64,000 nt of DNA, from the NCBI GenBank assembly GCA_036785375.1, contig JAWMAR010002203.1, positions 62,001 to 126,000 of the forward strand. Reading direction: 5' to 3'. Every line of letters starts with the position of its first letter. The first letter of the stretch is position 1. Under the pieces are notes generated by a model. That model ran no database searches. It was not told the DNA's origin and was given only the letters and a program-made list of their open reading frames with translations. The translations under genes and the position numbers were made by a program. Shown piece after piece: positions 11,623 through 24,654 of the stretch. The stretch comes from Leucoraja ocellata. Taxonomy: Eukaryota.

Positions 11623-13199
11623 TCATTAGTGTGGCTGGTTGTCAGTGGACTGTCCTGTAAAAGAGGCAAACTGCCACTTTGTCGTCCAGGGCTTATGAAA
11701 AGTGAAGAGACGCTTTGTTACAAACACATCACTTAATCAATATTTAGGTGAATGGATGACGTGCATTTTGTTTTCATCGTATTTTCCCCTGGGCTGCACA
11801 GAGATACATTGACTTTGGGAATCCAAGCCTTTTATTTGAATTGGAGAGTGGGGGTAGGGGGTGTGGAAGAGAGGAGGAATATATTTCATAGCTTTCATCT
11901 CAGAATATTTCAAGAAGGTTGAAATAAAAAATCCTGCCCTCTCTTGGGATTTAAGTTATTAATATCTTCAGTGACAACTCGTGTTTAACAAATGATGTCA
12001 ATTGCTGTGTAGGTTTGAATATTGATAACTGGGTGCACTAAAATAGTGAGACCTGCCCAGTATTCAAACCCTAGATTCTCCTCAACATCAATTTCGACGG
12101 TATTTTGAACTATTTAGCCGTAAGATGAATTGGTCCTGGTGGGAGAGATTCCTGCCTATGTCACCATGCGCGCATCACATGCGTCGTGATGCATAAATTA
12201 TGTTGCGTAAATTACGCACAAATGACGGCCAAATGGAACAGGCCCTTTACTCCAAACTCTATTTCCGGACTTGAGACCGATTTTAAATTGGGGGTAAAAC
12301 AGTTTTTGCTCAGATTCAAAGAACAGTTAAAAAAAAATGTTAATGTGCGTGGGTGTGTTCATGGGAAAGGGAAAATGAATAAGACATCGTATTTTTATGT
12401 TTGAGCAAAAAACTTTGAGGGGGGTAGTTTTAACCTGCCTCTGGTTTAGCAGTCACACTGAGCAAATGTCGGTGCCTTCTGTTATCTATCTGGATGCTTA
12501 TTAATTGTCGGTTTATTGGAGTTGCCTGTTGAATGTGACTGATGATAGCAGTTCTCCAAAATGCATATCTCACAGGGGAGTAGGCATGAATAAAGCTTGT
12601 AAATGTTTCTTATTGGATCATCAGTCTTTGCATGATAGTGACGTTTTATTTGGAAAGTGGCTGTCGTGTGGCAGCCATTCATTCTGCTCTGCTAGTAGCC
12701 TGATAAGCTTCTCAAACTAAGTATTGCACTGTAATGAGGTTTTGAACTTGGTGTGAACCTAATTGCCGCTTAAGTACTCAATGGTCAGGGATTACGATTG
12801 TAGGTTTGACAATCAGCTGATTGGACATTCCAACTATTCAACAATGACAAACCCTCTAAAAGTATGATTGTGACCTTTTTCCTTGACTGCAGATTGTTAC
12901 TGTGCTGGAAGATTTGTGGAATACATGTCTGATTGCTGGATTCTAATTAACACAAAGATAATCGAAGCTTGGTTGTAACGTTGAGCTGTGAACAGCTTTG
13001 TGAATGCAAATTTGAAATGTGATATGGCAATTGTGAAAGTGCTTCTGTGTAAATGTAGTGACGTGGCCTGGAGTGCCTCAAGTTAAGCGGCTATAAATAA
13101 CCAGCTGTCGCTGTCAGTCTTCGTTGACATTGCAGCAGATGGGACCTTTTCAACGGGAGAAACAAAAAGTTATTGATTGCACAAACTAGGGTGGATTAA

Positions 13200-13570
13200 T
13201 TTAGTTTATTGTCACGTGTACCGAGGTACCGTGAAAAGCAGTTGTGTGCTAACCAGTCAGCGGAAAGACTATACGTCCACAGTGTACAGTTACATGGTAA
13301 AGGGAATAACGTTCAGTGCAAGGTAAAGTCCGATTAAAGATAGTCCAAGGGTCTCCAGTGAGGTAGATAGTAGCTCTGGATCACTCTCTCGTTGTTGATA
13401 GGATGATTCAGTTGCCTGATAACAGCTGGGAAGAAATGCCCCTGAATCTGGAGGTGTGCGTTTCATACTTCTCTATCTCTTCCCTGATGGGCAAGGGGAG
13501 AAGAGGGAGTGACCGGGGTGAGACTAATCCATGATTATGATGGTGGCCTTGCCGAGGCTGCGTGAAGCGT
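13200..13570 (-). mobile_element. LINE (Rex1/L2-like) 3' fragment
   Basis: tttattgtcacgtgtaccgagg tail (reverse complement of ...gacaataaa) and ctccctgatggg LPSG-like motif. Related tails occur near 30565 and 42358. Confidence 0.6.
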
Positions 13571-13933
13571 GATGAGGGTTTTTAAGATAGTACGGTAAAC
13601 TAGTAATGGAAATCTTGATCCACTGGTTGGGAAGAGGTAAATCTTAAAACAAAAAGCCAGACTTTTCAGGAGTGCTTTTAATACTTCTGCACCAAGAGTG
13701 GTAAAAGCTTAGGACTCTGTTCTGCAAACTATTTTTATCTGTGTCCCCCTGTAAATTTATCTAGGTTGTAAAACAGGTCTCTAGTTTGGTTTTTCCTTTG
13801 TGATTTTCAATTGGAGGCCTTTTGCTGTCAATAATCTTTGTACAGGAAAGGGCCTGACAAAACTAATAACATCAGATCACTGAGTCATGCAGGCAGTTTA
13901 GCCTTGTCCTCGCAGCATGGTTTTTTTGGCAGT

Positions 13934-13984
13934 GAATTATAACACAGAGACTAGGCAGAATTATAACACAGAGATCAGGCAGAA
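13934..13984. repeat. 24-bp tandem duplication
   Basis: gaattataacacagagactaggca / gaattataacacagagatcaggca. Confidence 0.8.
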
Positions 13985-14211
13985 GTAATCGGTTATTGCT
14001 TAAAAATGTAAATGAACACTTGCTTGGTAGTTCAGGGCTTGAAGACCTGCCTCCAATTCCAGGCTGCCAGCAGAATAAACTAACATATTAATTCCCTACA
14101 ATTAGAGGAAGCTTTGCATATAATATTCACAGAATTGCCAGAGATTGCTATCTGATATTCCATGCATGTTTTGTTTTCTGTGGCTTTTGATACTTCTGGA
14201 AACTGGAAGAT

Positions 14212-14466
14212 TAGACTTTAGACATACAGGGGGGAAGCAGGCCCTTTGGTCCACCGAATCAGCACCGACAGCTATCATCCCTGTACACTAGCGCTATCCC
14301 ACGCACTAGGAACAATTTACAATTTTACCAAAATCAATTAGTCTACAAACCTGTACGCCTTTGGAGTATGGAAGAAAACCATGCACCCAGAAAACCCACA
14401 CACAGGGAGAACGTACAAAAAACTACATACAGACAGCACCCGTAGTCAGGATTGAACCCAGGTCTC
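14212..14466 (-). mobile_element. V-core SINE
   Basis: Reverse complement of the same family (cagggagaacgtacaa..acagacagcacccgtagtcaggattgaaccc). Confidence 0.8.
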
Positions 14467-16835
14467 GATGTGACTGAATGGAATGCAATGCAAATATTCA
14501 TTTCTGAATCGATTCAAAATTAAGTGTCGTAACCAGTGGAATCTGGGGAACGGTGTTGGTGAGAGTAGCGTGTCATTAATTAAAATCTTATTTTAAATGA
14601 CAAAGGAGCATGGGATGTGTGCAGGTAGGAATATGAGTATGGAAGAAGCCTTGTATAATCGCAACTGTTTCCCTGATGTGTGTTATTGACAGGTTTGTGC
14701 GGTGCACTTTGCTCACACTGTGCTGGTCAATAGTTCCTCTTAGTCTCTTAGCAGTATTCTTTGGTTGAACAAAACGATTCTGAGTCGGAGTGATATGAAA
14801 ATAAATGTTTCTCAATAGAAAGCAAGGTATTGTCCTTTTGCCAGTTTTGGTTATCTTTTTGGATTCTCCTCCCAGCTCTTGCATCTCTTCAAATCCATTG
14901 ACTAGAGCTGTTTCCTGCTGGTTTTCTTTTTGAGTGAACTGTGCATGACTTTGCTTGTGATAGTTGTCCTTTGCAAGTTTGAGTGAATGTTGGCCAACTG
15001 TTTGACTGGTAAGGATAAGGCATTCACATCGGCCAATTTGCTAGTGTTCATGCTGTCCTTCAGAGAGAACAATTGGAAAGCCTTTCATAGTCCCACTGAG
15101 TTGAGGTCTGTCAGAGCATTTCAGTGTGTGAGATATGGAGCTATTGAATTTAATTCTTGCCTTCATATCTTGCTGGATAAGAATTCTGAAACACTTTCTC
15201 AATAAAACTATATTGCTTGATCTCAAGAATTGCTATGGCTTCTGCATATGCAACATAATTTTGCTGTTCACCAGTGTCTATTTTTGCTTGATAGGTATAT
15301 TGTCCATATGTTCCAAAGTTGTTTGTAGATCGGGAACTGTGCTCTAAATTTATTTTTCATAAATTAATGTATGAATGGATACTGCAAACTGTATTGGAGT
15401 GATGATTTGTTGAATGTGTTGGCGAAAAAAGCCGAGCAGCTGAATGAAAATGGCATTGACTGTTCAGCCTGAAGCAGCGGTCTGCAGAGCTTCTAGCCGC
15501 GGTCGTGGCGTCCGGAGCCTGGGATCCCTCATTGGGGATCCCCGGAGAAGAGCTTCGGCCCGCCAGCCCGCGGCCTATGTCATCTTGAAGCGGCGGTCTC
15601 GGGTAGGGAAGCTCCGATTTGCGACTTACCTTCCAGAAGAGAGGGCCAGCACATCTGGCCGCCCGCAGCGGCGACTGCGGAGGTTTATGGCCCCGACCAC
15701 GGGGGAACAATGGAGGAGGACTGACTGTACTTTGTGCCTTCCACCACAGTGATGAATGCTGTGGTGGATATTTGTGTTAAATTTTTATTGTGTATTCTTT
15801 TCGATTGTACCGCTGCAGGCAAGTTAATTTCACTGCACTTTATTGTGTATATGATGAATAAATCTGATTGATTAGATTGTCATTGACTGTGTATGGTTAG
15901 AATTTTTACGTAGTTTGAAATTTGGAAGCTTGCAGGATTAACCTTGTCTTGAGAAATGAAAATCAGGTGATGAGTAAGCCAGTAGATGCTGCCTCACCCG
16001 CTGAGTTTCTCCAGCATTTTTGTCTACCTTCCATTTTCCAGCATCCACAGTTCCCTCTCAAACAGTAAGCCAATAAAAATAACTTTGGTCAGACTCTTGT
16101 TTTAAGATGTAGTTTGTAATTTGAAGATCTAAATTTTTGTGGTAATGTTGTAGTAAAATTTTCATTTGGTGGAATCTACTCGGAGCTGATAATGGTAATG
16201 AGAAAACAAAATGTGTACAACAGTGTGTAAATAAAGGCTTGCTCTGTTTATGAACAGATCTAACAGTAGGTGTGGGGCCCTCGTGCTACTCCACTATTCA
16301 ATCAAATCACAGCTGATGTTTTCCTTTTTTGCCGCTATCATGTGCTAAGCCTCGTATCTCGTTTATTATCCCAATATCTGTCAAACTCGGCTGCTGAGCC
16401 TCCACATTCCTTGTGGCTAGAGAAATGCAAAGATTCAAGACATTTCTTCTCACCTGCCCTGAATGGCCAACACTTTATTTTGAGACTGTGACCCACTGCT
16501 GCTAGATAACCTAGCTAAAGGAAACATCAACACTCTCAAGCCCTTTAAGAAGTTTATGTTTTAATGAGATCACCTCTTATCCAAGATTGAGGCTTTAGGC
16601 CCAGTCTGTTTAATCTCTCTTCGTATAGCAAACCTGCCTTCTCTGGAATTAATCTGGTTAACCTTTGCTGAGCTCCTTCTTACAGAAGGAGATCCTTGGG
16701 TAGGGAAAACAGACCAGTTGAAAATTAGTAGTCTTGCCCGGGGACTTCTATAATTGCAGCAAGATGCAGTTTCTTAGTGTGAACTGATCATGCAGTATAG
16801 GTCAATATACTCTTTGTGTAGCAAGGAACTGAAGA

Positions 16836-16956
16836 TGTGTAGGAAGGAACTGCAGATGCTGGTTTAAACTGAAGATTGATGCAAAAAGCTCAAATAACTA
16901 AGCCGGTCAGGCAGCATCTCTGGGTGACGTTTCGGGTCGAGACCCTTCTTCAGACT
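16836..16956 (-). repeat. Penelope-like short repeat with intact hammerhead-like core
   Basis: Minus strand agtCTGAAGAaGGGTctcgACCCGAAAcgTC. Confidence 0.65.
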
Positions 16957-17515
16957 GGTTAGAGGACAGAAGGTGCTGGTATACACCGAAGATAGACACA
17001 AAATGCTGGAGTTACTCAGTCTTTGCCTTACTAATGGCTTGCAGTACCTGCTTATTAACTGTTTCTAATTCATATACAAGGATACCTAGGTCTCTCTGCA
17101 CACCAATATCTTTCAATCTCTCATACTTAACAATTGCTCCCACTTTTACTCTTTCTACAGAATTGGATGGTCATGCATTTCCCCCCAATTCTCTCACTTT
17201 CTTGCTCCTTCATCTAACATGTCAATGTCCCAATTAAATCTTTCTGCAATACACCGTTCTGCCACCTATGTTTGATTTATTTGTACATTTTGGACCAGTG
17301 GGGCTGGCTTGTGAAGAGCTTTGTTGTACTTTGTGATGTAGTTAATACTTACATTGATACAGCTTTGCATATGTCAACTTTTAATTGCAATCGTCTCTCG
17401 TTCCTGAATCATGTATTGTGAGGAAGCACATTGAGTTTAGCAACCTGGCTGAAGCTTTGACCATTTCAAAGGTGCACGAACATCTTGTTCTTAAAGCCCG
17501 ACTTCAATATAGCGA

Positions 17516-17732
17516 AGGGCCTGTCCCACTTACGCGATTTTTACTTGCCATGTTCCGGGGTGACGCCTGTTTAGTGGTGAGTAGTGTTTAGTGGTGAGTA
17601 GTCGCCCAAAGAATCGTACCTTTTTCTGGTCGCCACTGGATTTTCAACACGTTGAAAATTTTCGGCGACCTGCTGCAACTATGACGGGTTCCGGCAAGTC
17701 GCCGAAAAAATCGTGTAAGTGGGACAGGCCCT
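17516..17732. mobile_element. Small MITE with ~27-bp TIRs, PIF/Harbinger-like
   Basis: AGGGCCTGTCCCACTTACGCGATTTTT ... AAAAATCGTGTAAGTGGGACAGGCCCT, flanked by CGA / TGA (possible 3-bp TSD with one change). A related right end lies near 12230-12246. Confidence 0.78.
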
Positions 17733-18085
17733 TGAGGATGTAGTATGCAAAGCAAGTAGGAATGTGATGTCTCCGCAAAAAGATGGAGTTTGAAGTATGA
17801 TTGTAGTTAAATGATTCATCAGAACATTAGAGATGTCAAATTCTGTTTTATAGAAGCCACAATGGGGTGCCTAATGACCCTCATTTTTGCTGTGAATAGT
17901 GAGAGATAAATTCTACACTCTCCCTTGTTTGTCTTTTGTTTAACAAATCGAGCAAACCAAAGTTATTTGTTTTCTATTTCAGTTCCAGCCTTGGGTATTA
18001 GATGAGTGCCCCGTGTGTGTTTGTGTCTTGGCCTTGGAACTGTAATTTGATGGCTAATTGTAGTATTTTGCTGGGAATTCCTATA

Positions 18086-19457
18086 GGGTGATTTCACTAA
18101 AGGTCACTGGAGCGTGTATCCGCACCCACGTGACCAAAATTCTCCGGTGGAGGACACATCCGGGTCCTGGTACATGTTAGTGGATGGGAAAAATCGCATT
18201 TTCCCACCCGTTAAAAACATAGAAAACGGCGAGGTTGAGAGCTGCAATTTACTGTGCCAGTCGGGGTGACTGTGAGGCACAACTACCTAGATTTACAGGG
18301 AAAAAAAAGATAGCAAGTAAGGTAAATTCAAGAGGGAACTGAAGGTGCCTATCCACCGGAAGTCAGGAGCCGATAATTGCCGAGGATATTTAAAGGTCCA
18401 GAATATCGGGAAATATCGCGTTTTCCCGCTGAATTTCATCAAAAGTAAGGCATTATATACTTTTTTATCTTTATTCATTTGTTAGATGAGAATTTTTAAA
18501 AGTGAAAAATCACTCAGTAAAAGTTCAAAATCGGCCATGGTTCTCAGGTCGGTTTTAACATGCAAAATCAAAACGCCTCTGAAGCTGCATTTACCATTTA
18601 AATAATGATAAACTATCAATGCATTTTTAAATAAATTTCACTCAGATGCAAGCTAAGGAATGTGATAATTATCAGCTGTCAGTTGGACAAAATTAGGACA
18701 TGTTATTATTTGCCAAAATATATTTCTCAATGTTTCTTGTTTAAAGCCTGCACATTCACCCAATTAATACATAAGTTGTTTGGGTGAATGTGCAGGCTTT
18801 AAACAAGAAACATTGAGAAATATATTTTGGCAAATAATAACATGTCCTAATTTTGTCCAACTGACAGCTGATAATTATCACATTCCTTAGCTTGCATCTG
18901 AGTGAAATTTATTTAAAAATGCATTGATAGTTTATCATTATTTAAATGGTAAATGCAGCTTCAGAGGCGTTTTGATTTTGCATGTTAAAACCGACCTGAG
19001 AACCATGGCCGATTTTGAACTTTTACTGAGTGATTTTTCACTTTTAAAAATTCTCATCTAACAAATGAATAAAGATAAAAAAGTATATAATGCCTTACTT
19101 TTGATGAAATTCAGCGGGAAAACGCGATATTTCCCGATATTCTGGACCTTTAAATATCCTCGGCAATTATCGGCTCCTGACTTCCGGTGGATAGGCACCT
19201 TCAGTTCCCTCTTGAATTTACCTTACTTGCTATCTTTTTTTTCCCTGTAAATCTAGGTAGCTGTGCCTCACAGTCACCCCGACTGGCACAGTAAATTGCA
19301 GCTCTCAACCTCGCCGTTTTCTATGTTTTTAACGGGTGGGAAAATGCGATTTTTCCCATCCACTAACATGTACCAGGACCCGGATGTGTCCTCCACCAGA
19401 GAATTTTGGTCACGTGGGTGCGGATACACGCTCCAGTGACCTTTAGTGAAATCACCC
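18086..19457. mobile_element. Foldback/MITE-like non-autonomous DNA element: two ~680-bp inverted arms around a 16-bp spacer, flanked by TA
   Basis: 18083-18763 is the reverse complement of 18780-19460 (coordinate sum 37543 at the ends, the centre and the mirrored 61-aa ORFs). Termini TA|GGGTGATTTCAC...GTGAAATCACCC|TA. Confidence 0.85.
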
Positions 19458-21611
19458 TATTGATATAATTCATATTGGCAAATAGACACTCAATTGGTTT
19501 ATGAGGTGGGGGGGGGGGGGGTCAAGAGTCGTCAAAAGTGCTTTATTGTCATGTTCCGAAACAGAACAATAAAATTCTTACTTCAGCAGCACTAGAGATA
19601 TGTGAACAGAGTACGCTGGGGTGAGGGTTAGGGAGTGGGAGAAACTTGGGTGTGCAATGAGTTACCACATCCAAAACTATTTTTAAATAAAATGATTCAA
19701 GACCAGATCATTAAACATGCAGAATGCAGCTGGTTGAGGTTTTAAACTAATTACACGTGGGCTGTGAATATTTACCTGAGATTCTGATGCTGGCTGATTT
19801 GAGTTTGCCTCATTATACTTTGGGTAATAATGTGAGCATGGTGAAGTGACTCTGGTTTTTGAAACGTGTGATCTATGTTGTGGATTACAGATGCTAGTAA
19901 ATTGTGTTTCTCTGCTGGTGTCAATTGGATTTGGCTAGCCCTATTGGTAAAACTGAGAAAGGAGGAAAGGGAACTTGACTACATGGTGCCCCTTGGAAGA
20001 CCTTCATGTGCAAAGTGTTTCCAGGTTAATTGTGCACTTTTGAAATGTATACTTAGTGTTGTAGTATGGCGATGCGTGTCTACTGTGTATACCTGGTCCC
20101 ACAACAAATTAGGTTTATAACTTAAACTGTTTAGTTGATAGTTGAGGAATAAATATAACCCACAGCGAACTTTACATTTCCTGAAATAGTTCACTGAACT
20201 CTTATTTATTCCAAAATGAGAGAAAGCTGACAGAGCCTTGGGTTATCTAGATTACAGAAGTTCCTCGAATGATTGCATGACCTTCTGGCACAGAGTACTA
20301 CCACTGAGCCAAGCTGGAAACGAGCACTCTGAGAGGTTGCAGTTTGCATTGAGTCGACCGCACTACACAAATGTTGTATCGCAAGTGCCAGTTATGGTTT
20401 TAGTGACACCTGGTCTGCCTCTCTGCTCTCTTTCACCCCCTTGCTTAAAGGTGATCCCCCTTTCAGTAAGTGATGCTGAAAATAAACTGTTTTGGCACCT
20501 ATGTGGACTTTATGATTCCACCAACAACAAAAAAATAATGATAGCAGCCGCAATATGTCATTACAGATATATGTCATTGAAGGCCCACCGCTGATTTTCC
20601 AGCATCCTTGATTCCAGAGTCTGGATTATCTGTTTTGCCGGACCAACGAAGGTCACAGCTTCCGAGAGGAGTGGAATGGTACTGGAACGATCGGCCTTGG
20701 CCAGCCAAGGGCCGAGATACTGGCCCGAAAAGATCACCTCAGTAGTCTACTGTGGGAATGGATCTGCCGGCTCCGGCCTGGCTGGAGCTCCAGAGCCATT
20801 CACCTCAATAATTACCCATGGTATACCCATGGTAACAAGTTGTAGACTATCACCAGTTTCTGGCTCAAGAACATTCTTCTGAATTCGTCCAACTGTTTTT
20901 TTTAAATCTTTTATGTTCCCCAGCTTTAGATGCAACCTGAAGGTGACATCTCACCGTCCAGGCATTTCTTGAGTAACATGATTGAGTGCGGAGCAGAATC
21001 CGGACCGACATGTTTTATTCATGAATGCTAGGTTTATTTAAAGACCTTTAACACATCTAATAGTTGGCAATAAATGTCAGGAGTAAAATTTCAAACCAAG
21101 TTTAGGGCGTGTGTGAATGCATTTGTATGCAAACAAGTCCAGAATTATTGGAGCATGCTGCTTCTAAGTATTTGAGTAGAATTATTGGCTATAGTTATGT
21201 AACTCTGCAGATCAGTGTTTCAATACAATGACATGGCTGTCCCAGTAGTACTGGCACCTGCAGGGCAACTGGCTCAATGGGATGGAAAAAGCAGCACTGT
21301 GATGTACGGAGAATTCCAGGCAGTATCTGGGCACCTGTAACTATCTCATGCCCAATGATTTTTTTTTTGTAGTTTGAGATTCGGATATAGAGCTTAAGGC
21401 CAGTGTTTCAAGAGTGTGTACATGCAGAACTCCTTCATCGTATCCTTGTGAGCTTGACAAGTGGTACATGTAGCCTCGTCTGATAAATTGTTCCTTATCT
21501 GGTTACTTGTCTCAAAGCTCACAAGTTCTGTTGTGTACATCAGCTAATTCTCCTGAAGTTCAACGATGAGAGTGAAATGTCCTAATGTTTTATCATTCTT
21601 TATCTTTACAG

Positions 21612-21709
21612 CTGATGTTATTTCCACGGTAGAATTCAACCACTCTGGAGAACTACTGGCAACTGGGGACAAGGGGGGTAGAGTGGTCATATTCCAGCAG
21701 GAGCAGGAG
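21612..21709 (+). CDS. PPP2R2A: PP2A regulatory subunit B55-alpha, coding exon 3 ([33 protein letters not shown])
   Basis: tttacAG acceptor, GAG|GTGAGT donor, 98 bp. Translation matches the B55 N-terminal WD40 region. Canonical exons 1-2 were not found and lie upstream of the window. Confidence 0.96.
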
Positions 21710-22812
21710 GTGAGTGTTATCTGTGTAGCATAGAGTTGAAATGAAGTAGCGTGGTGATTTAGCTATTTCTGCAGTTCAGTGGTGGCATGTTCAAAGGAAT
21801 ATTCCTGGCAAGTCATTGATCCATACTTGTCACTATTTATATTTTGCATATTGATTCCTCATAGAGGATGCATGGATATCTATGTTTGAGCTGAAATGTT
21901 TTGCAAAAGAAATTACATAGAATTCCCGGTATAATGCCACCACCTAACCCTGCAGGTTTATGCAGGTAATTATGTTCCAAGAACGTCGCTCATGTTAACT
22001 CATCTTGTTCTATTAACATAACCATCCAGAAGATCATTTTAATTCTCTCTGGGATGAAACACAGCAACATTTCTAAGGCATTTTGCAACATTTTGAATTT
22101 GGTTAGGCATGTCTATATCTGAAGCTTACTTGTGCGTTTTCATCACAACTTCCATTCTGGGGCCATGTAATTTGTTACATGGTGGCTACATGTGTACATT
22201 GTTTGGTTGTGAGGTGGTACCCAGATTCGGAAGTAATGGGTGTTCAGTTGATGAGGAAGACCTGCTCCTATTTTTTTTTAATGAAAACCTTTGCCAATTT
22301 AAGTGTATCTTCTTCTGATTATATACCTGAAATGACCATGCATGTTTTGAAGCAAGTGATGCTTCATTTGCTGCAGAAGGAAATGCCTTGGCAAGAGGTG
22401 TATGCAGCCACATCTGATGACATGTTTGATAAGAGAACATATTCTCGGTTGTGAACTTATTGGTTAGGATTGTACTTGAATGCCATCTTGAAGTAAGAAG
22501 ATGGATTTCTGTGGGAACTTTATTTTGAGGTTTTCTCCCCCAACAAACATATTCAAAGTGCGGCCAAAAGAGGTCATATACAAGTTGACCACCGGTTTTC
22601 TGGCAAGTGGTGGCCCGCGCTTCCCCTCTCCTCCTCCTCCTCGGGAAGACCCCCCCCAAAAGGACAGTCCGACGGCCATTCTCGACCTCAAGCCAATCGG
22701 CGAGTTGAATTTTCCACCTGCAGCCAGGGCTCTGGAACTCCAGCCAGGCTGGGGCTGCCGGATCCGTTCCCATAGACAACTTCCTCACTCCCTCCTCCTC
22801 GAGACTTTTCTT

Positions 22813-22909
22813 GTCTAAAGAAGGGTCTTGACCCGAAACGTCCCCATTCCTTCTCTCCAGAGATGCTGCCTGTCCCACTGAGTTACTCCAGCCGTTTGTG
22901 TCTATCTTC
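22813..22909 (+). repeat. Penelope-like short repeat
   Basis: Same family. Further copies near 23481, 34820, 36130, 45362 and 47010. Confidence 0.65.
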
Positions 22910-23063
22910 TATATTCATTGCTTTATCTGGTTAGTAGAAAAAAGCAGAAATACCTTCAATACAGTTAGATTTTAAGAACCAGTTGGCATTGTAGGTTACA
23001 AATCTTATTGGTTTTAGCTGAACATAGTTGTGGTGTTCTAATCTATTCTGTTCTTCCTTGCAG

Positions 23064-23229
23064 AACAAAAGCCAGCCTCATTGCAGAGGTGAATATAATG
23101 TTTACAGTACTTTTCAGAGTCACGAGCCAGAATTTGACTACTTGAAAAGTTTAGAAATTGAAGAAAAGATCAATAAAATTAGATGGTTACCCCAGCAAAA
23201 TGCTGCACAGTTCCTGCTCTCTACAAATG
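23064..23229 (+). CDS. PPP2R2A: PPP2R2A exon 4 ([55 protein letters not shown])
   Basis: ttgcAG / G|GTGAGT, 166 bp. Contains the B55 signature [17 protein letters not shown]. Confidence 0.97.
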
Positions 23230-24541
23230 GTGAGTTCCTTCTTCACTTCATTCGCTTGCTCACGACAGCAACCCTGGTTGTACTTCCTTTTAGAATGGGC
23301 AATAGCTATTCCGACAATTTTTAATGGTAGATTTCAGTAGACTCTTTTATAATACTTTTAAGTTTAATTTCTCAAATACTGTTTACCCGCTCATTAATCT
23401 CCCCAAGCCGCCAGTTTTCTTTCCATGTTTTTTGTTTTCTTATAGTGGGGGGAATGAACAAACTGTTTTGGGTCGGGATCAGTCTGAAGAAGGGTCTTGA
23501 CTCGAAACGTTGTCTATCTATTCCCTCCACGGATGCTGCCTGACCCGCTGAATTCCTCTAGCACATTGCGTTATGCTCAAATGGTTATAGTTTGTATTAT
23601 TCACTGATGAAATGATTCTGAATAATAAATATTGCAGACTACAGGTTGGGGTCTTCCTCACCTTCGCACTCTTACTGGAATTGCAAAAACACCTCTGGCC
23701 AAAATTCCTTTCCATCAGCTACATAGTTTTGAATGAATTTGTTGTGTGAAAAATGGCAGCCAGCTTTGCCTACATAAATCACTGCATTTGAAAATATTGG
23801 TGGGTAAATGACTTGAGACATTGATAGATGGATAAATCTTATATACATTTAAGCTATTGCTCTAGTATATTGTAAAAGTAAATTAATTTTCCCATTTCGT
23901 AGATAGATACATACATAATTCTTTGTGGAGATATTAAAGATTCAAAGAGAACATTGCTATACTGTAGTCCTGTGTTTCTAAATTGTATTGTGAGTGTTCT
24001 CGCATTGATCTGAAGTTATTGTTTTACATCGCTAGTGCATTTATACTTTGCTAATATTTATTGCAGCATTGCTTCCAGTGTTTGCTATGCTGCAGTGAGT
24101 TGACATTCCAGATTGGTATCATTAAATGTTTCCTCAAGGCCCTTGTTTATGCAGATGGCAGATACAATACTGGATGAGATACAGATCTGGATGAGATGCC
24201 TGCATTTCACACTTGCGTTCATTTTCGGACAAAACTCTGATTATTAATAACCCATTTTCTGTTATTTGCACTTTCTCAGTTTATTTATTCATGTGTGTAT
24301 ATATTTGTATTATGGTATATGGACACATTGATCTGTTTTGTAGTCAATGCCTACTATGTTCTGTGTGCTGAAGCAAAGCAAGAATTTCATTGTCTTATAC
24401 AGGGACACATGACAATAAACTCTCTTGAACTTGAACTTTAAAAGGTCCTCCTTTAATCATTTAGAATTGTAATCCAACACTTGGATGCCAGAGGCTCATT
24501 TGCCCCTCTCTATTAATGCAATTTTGTATTTATTTTCTTAG

Positions 24542-24654
24542 ATAAAACAATAAAGTTGTGGAAAATCAGTGAAAGAGATAAACGACCAGAAGGATATAAT
24601 TTGAAGGAGGAGGATGGTCGATATAGGGATCCTGCCACAGTCACTACGCTTAAG
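24542..24654 (+). CDS. PPP2R2A: PPP2R2A exon 5 ([38 protein letters not shown])
   Basis: cttAG / AAG|GTGAGA, 113 bp. [17 protein letters not shown] is alpha-type rather than delta-type. Confidence 0.96.

Noticed and set aside
18293-19250. Two identical 61-aa ORFs on opposite strands
   Set aside because: A by-product of the palindrome, with no recognisable protein or transposase motif.
22186-22878. 230-aa minus-strand ORF
   Set aside because: Starts inside a repeat, is antisense to an intron and has no domain-like content.
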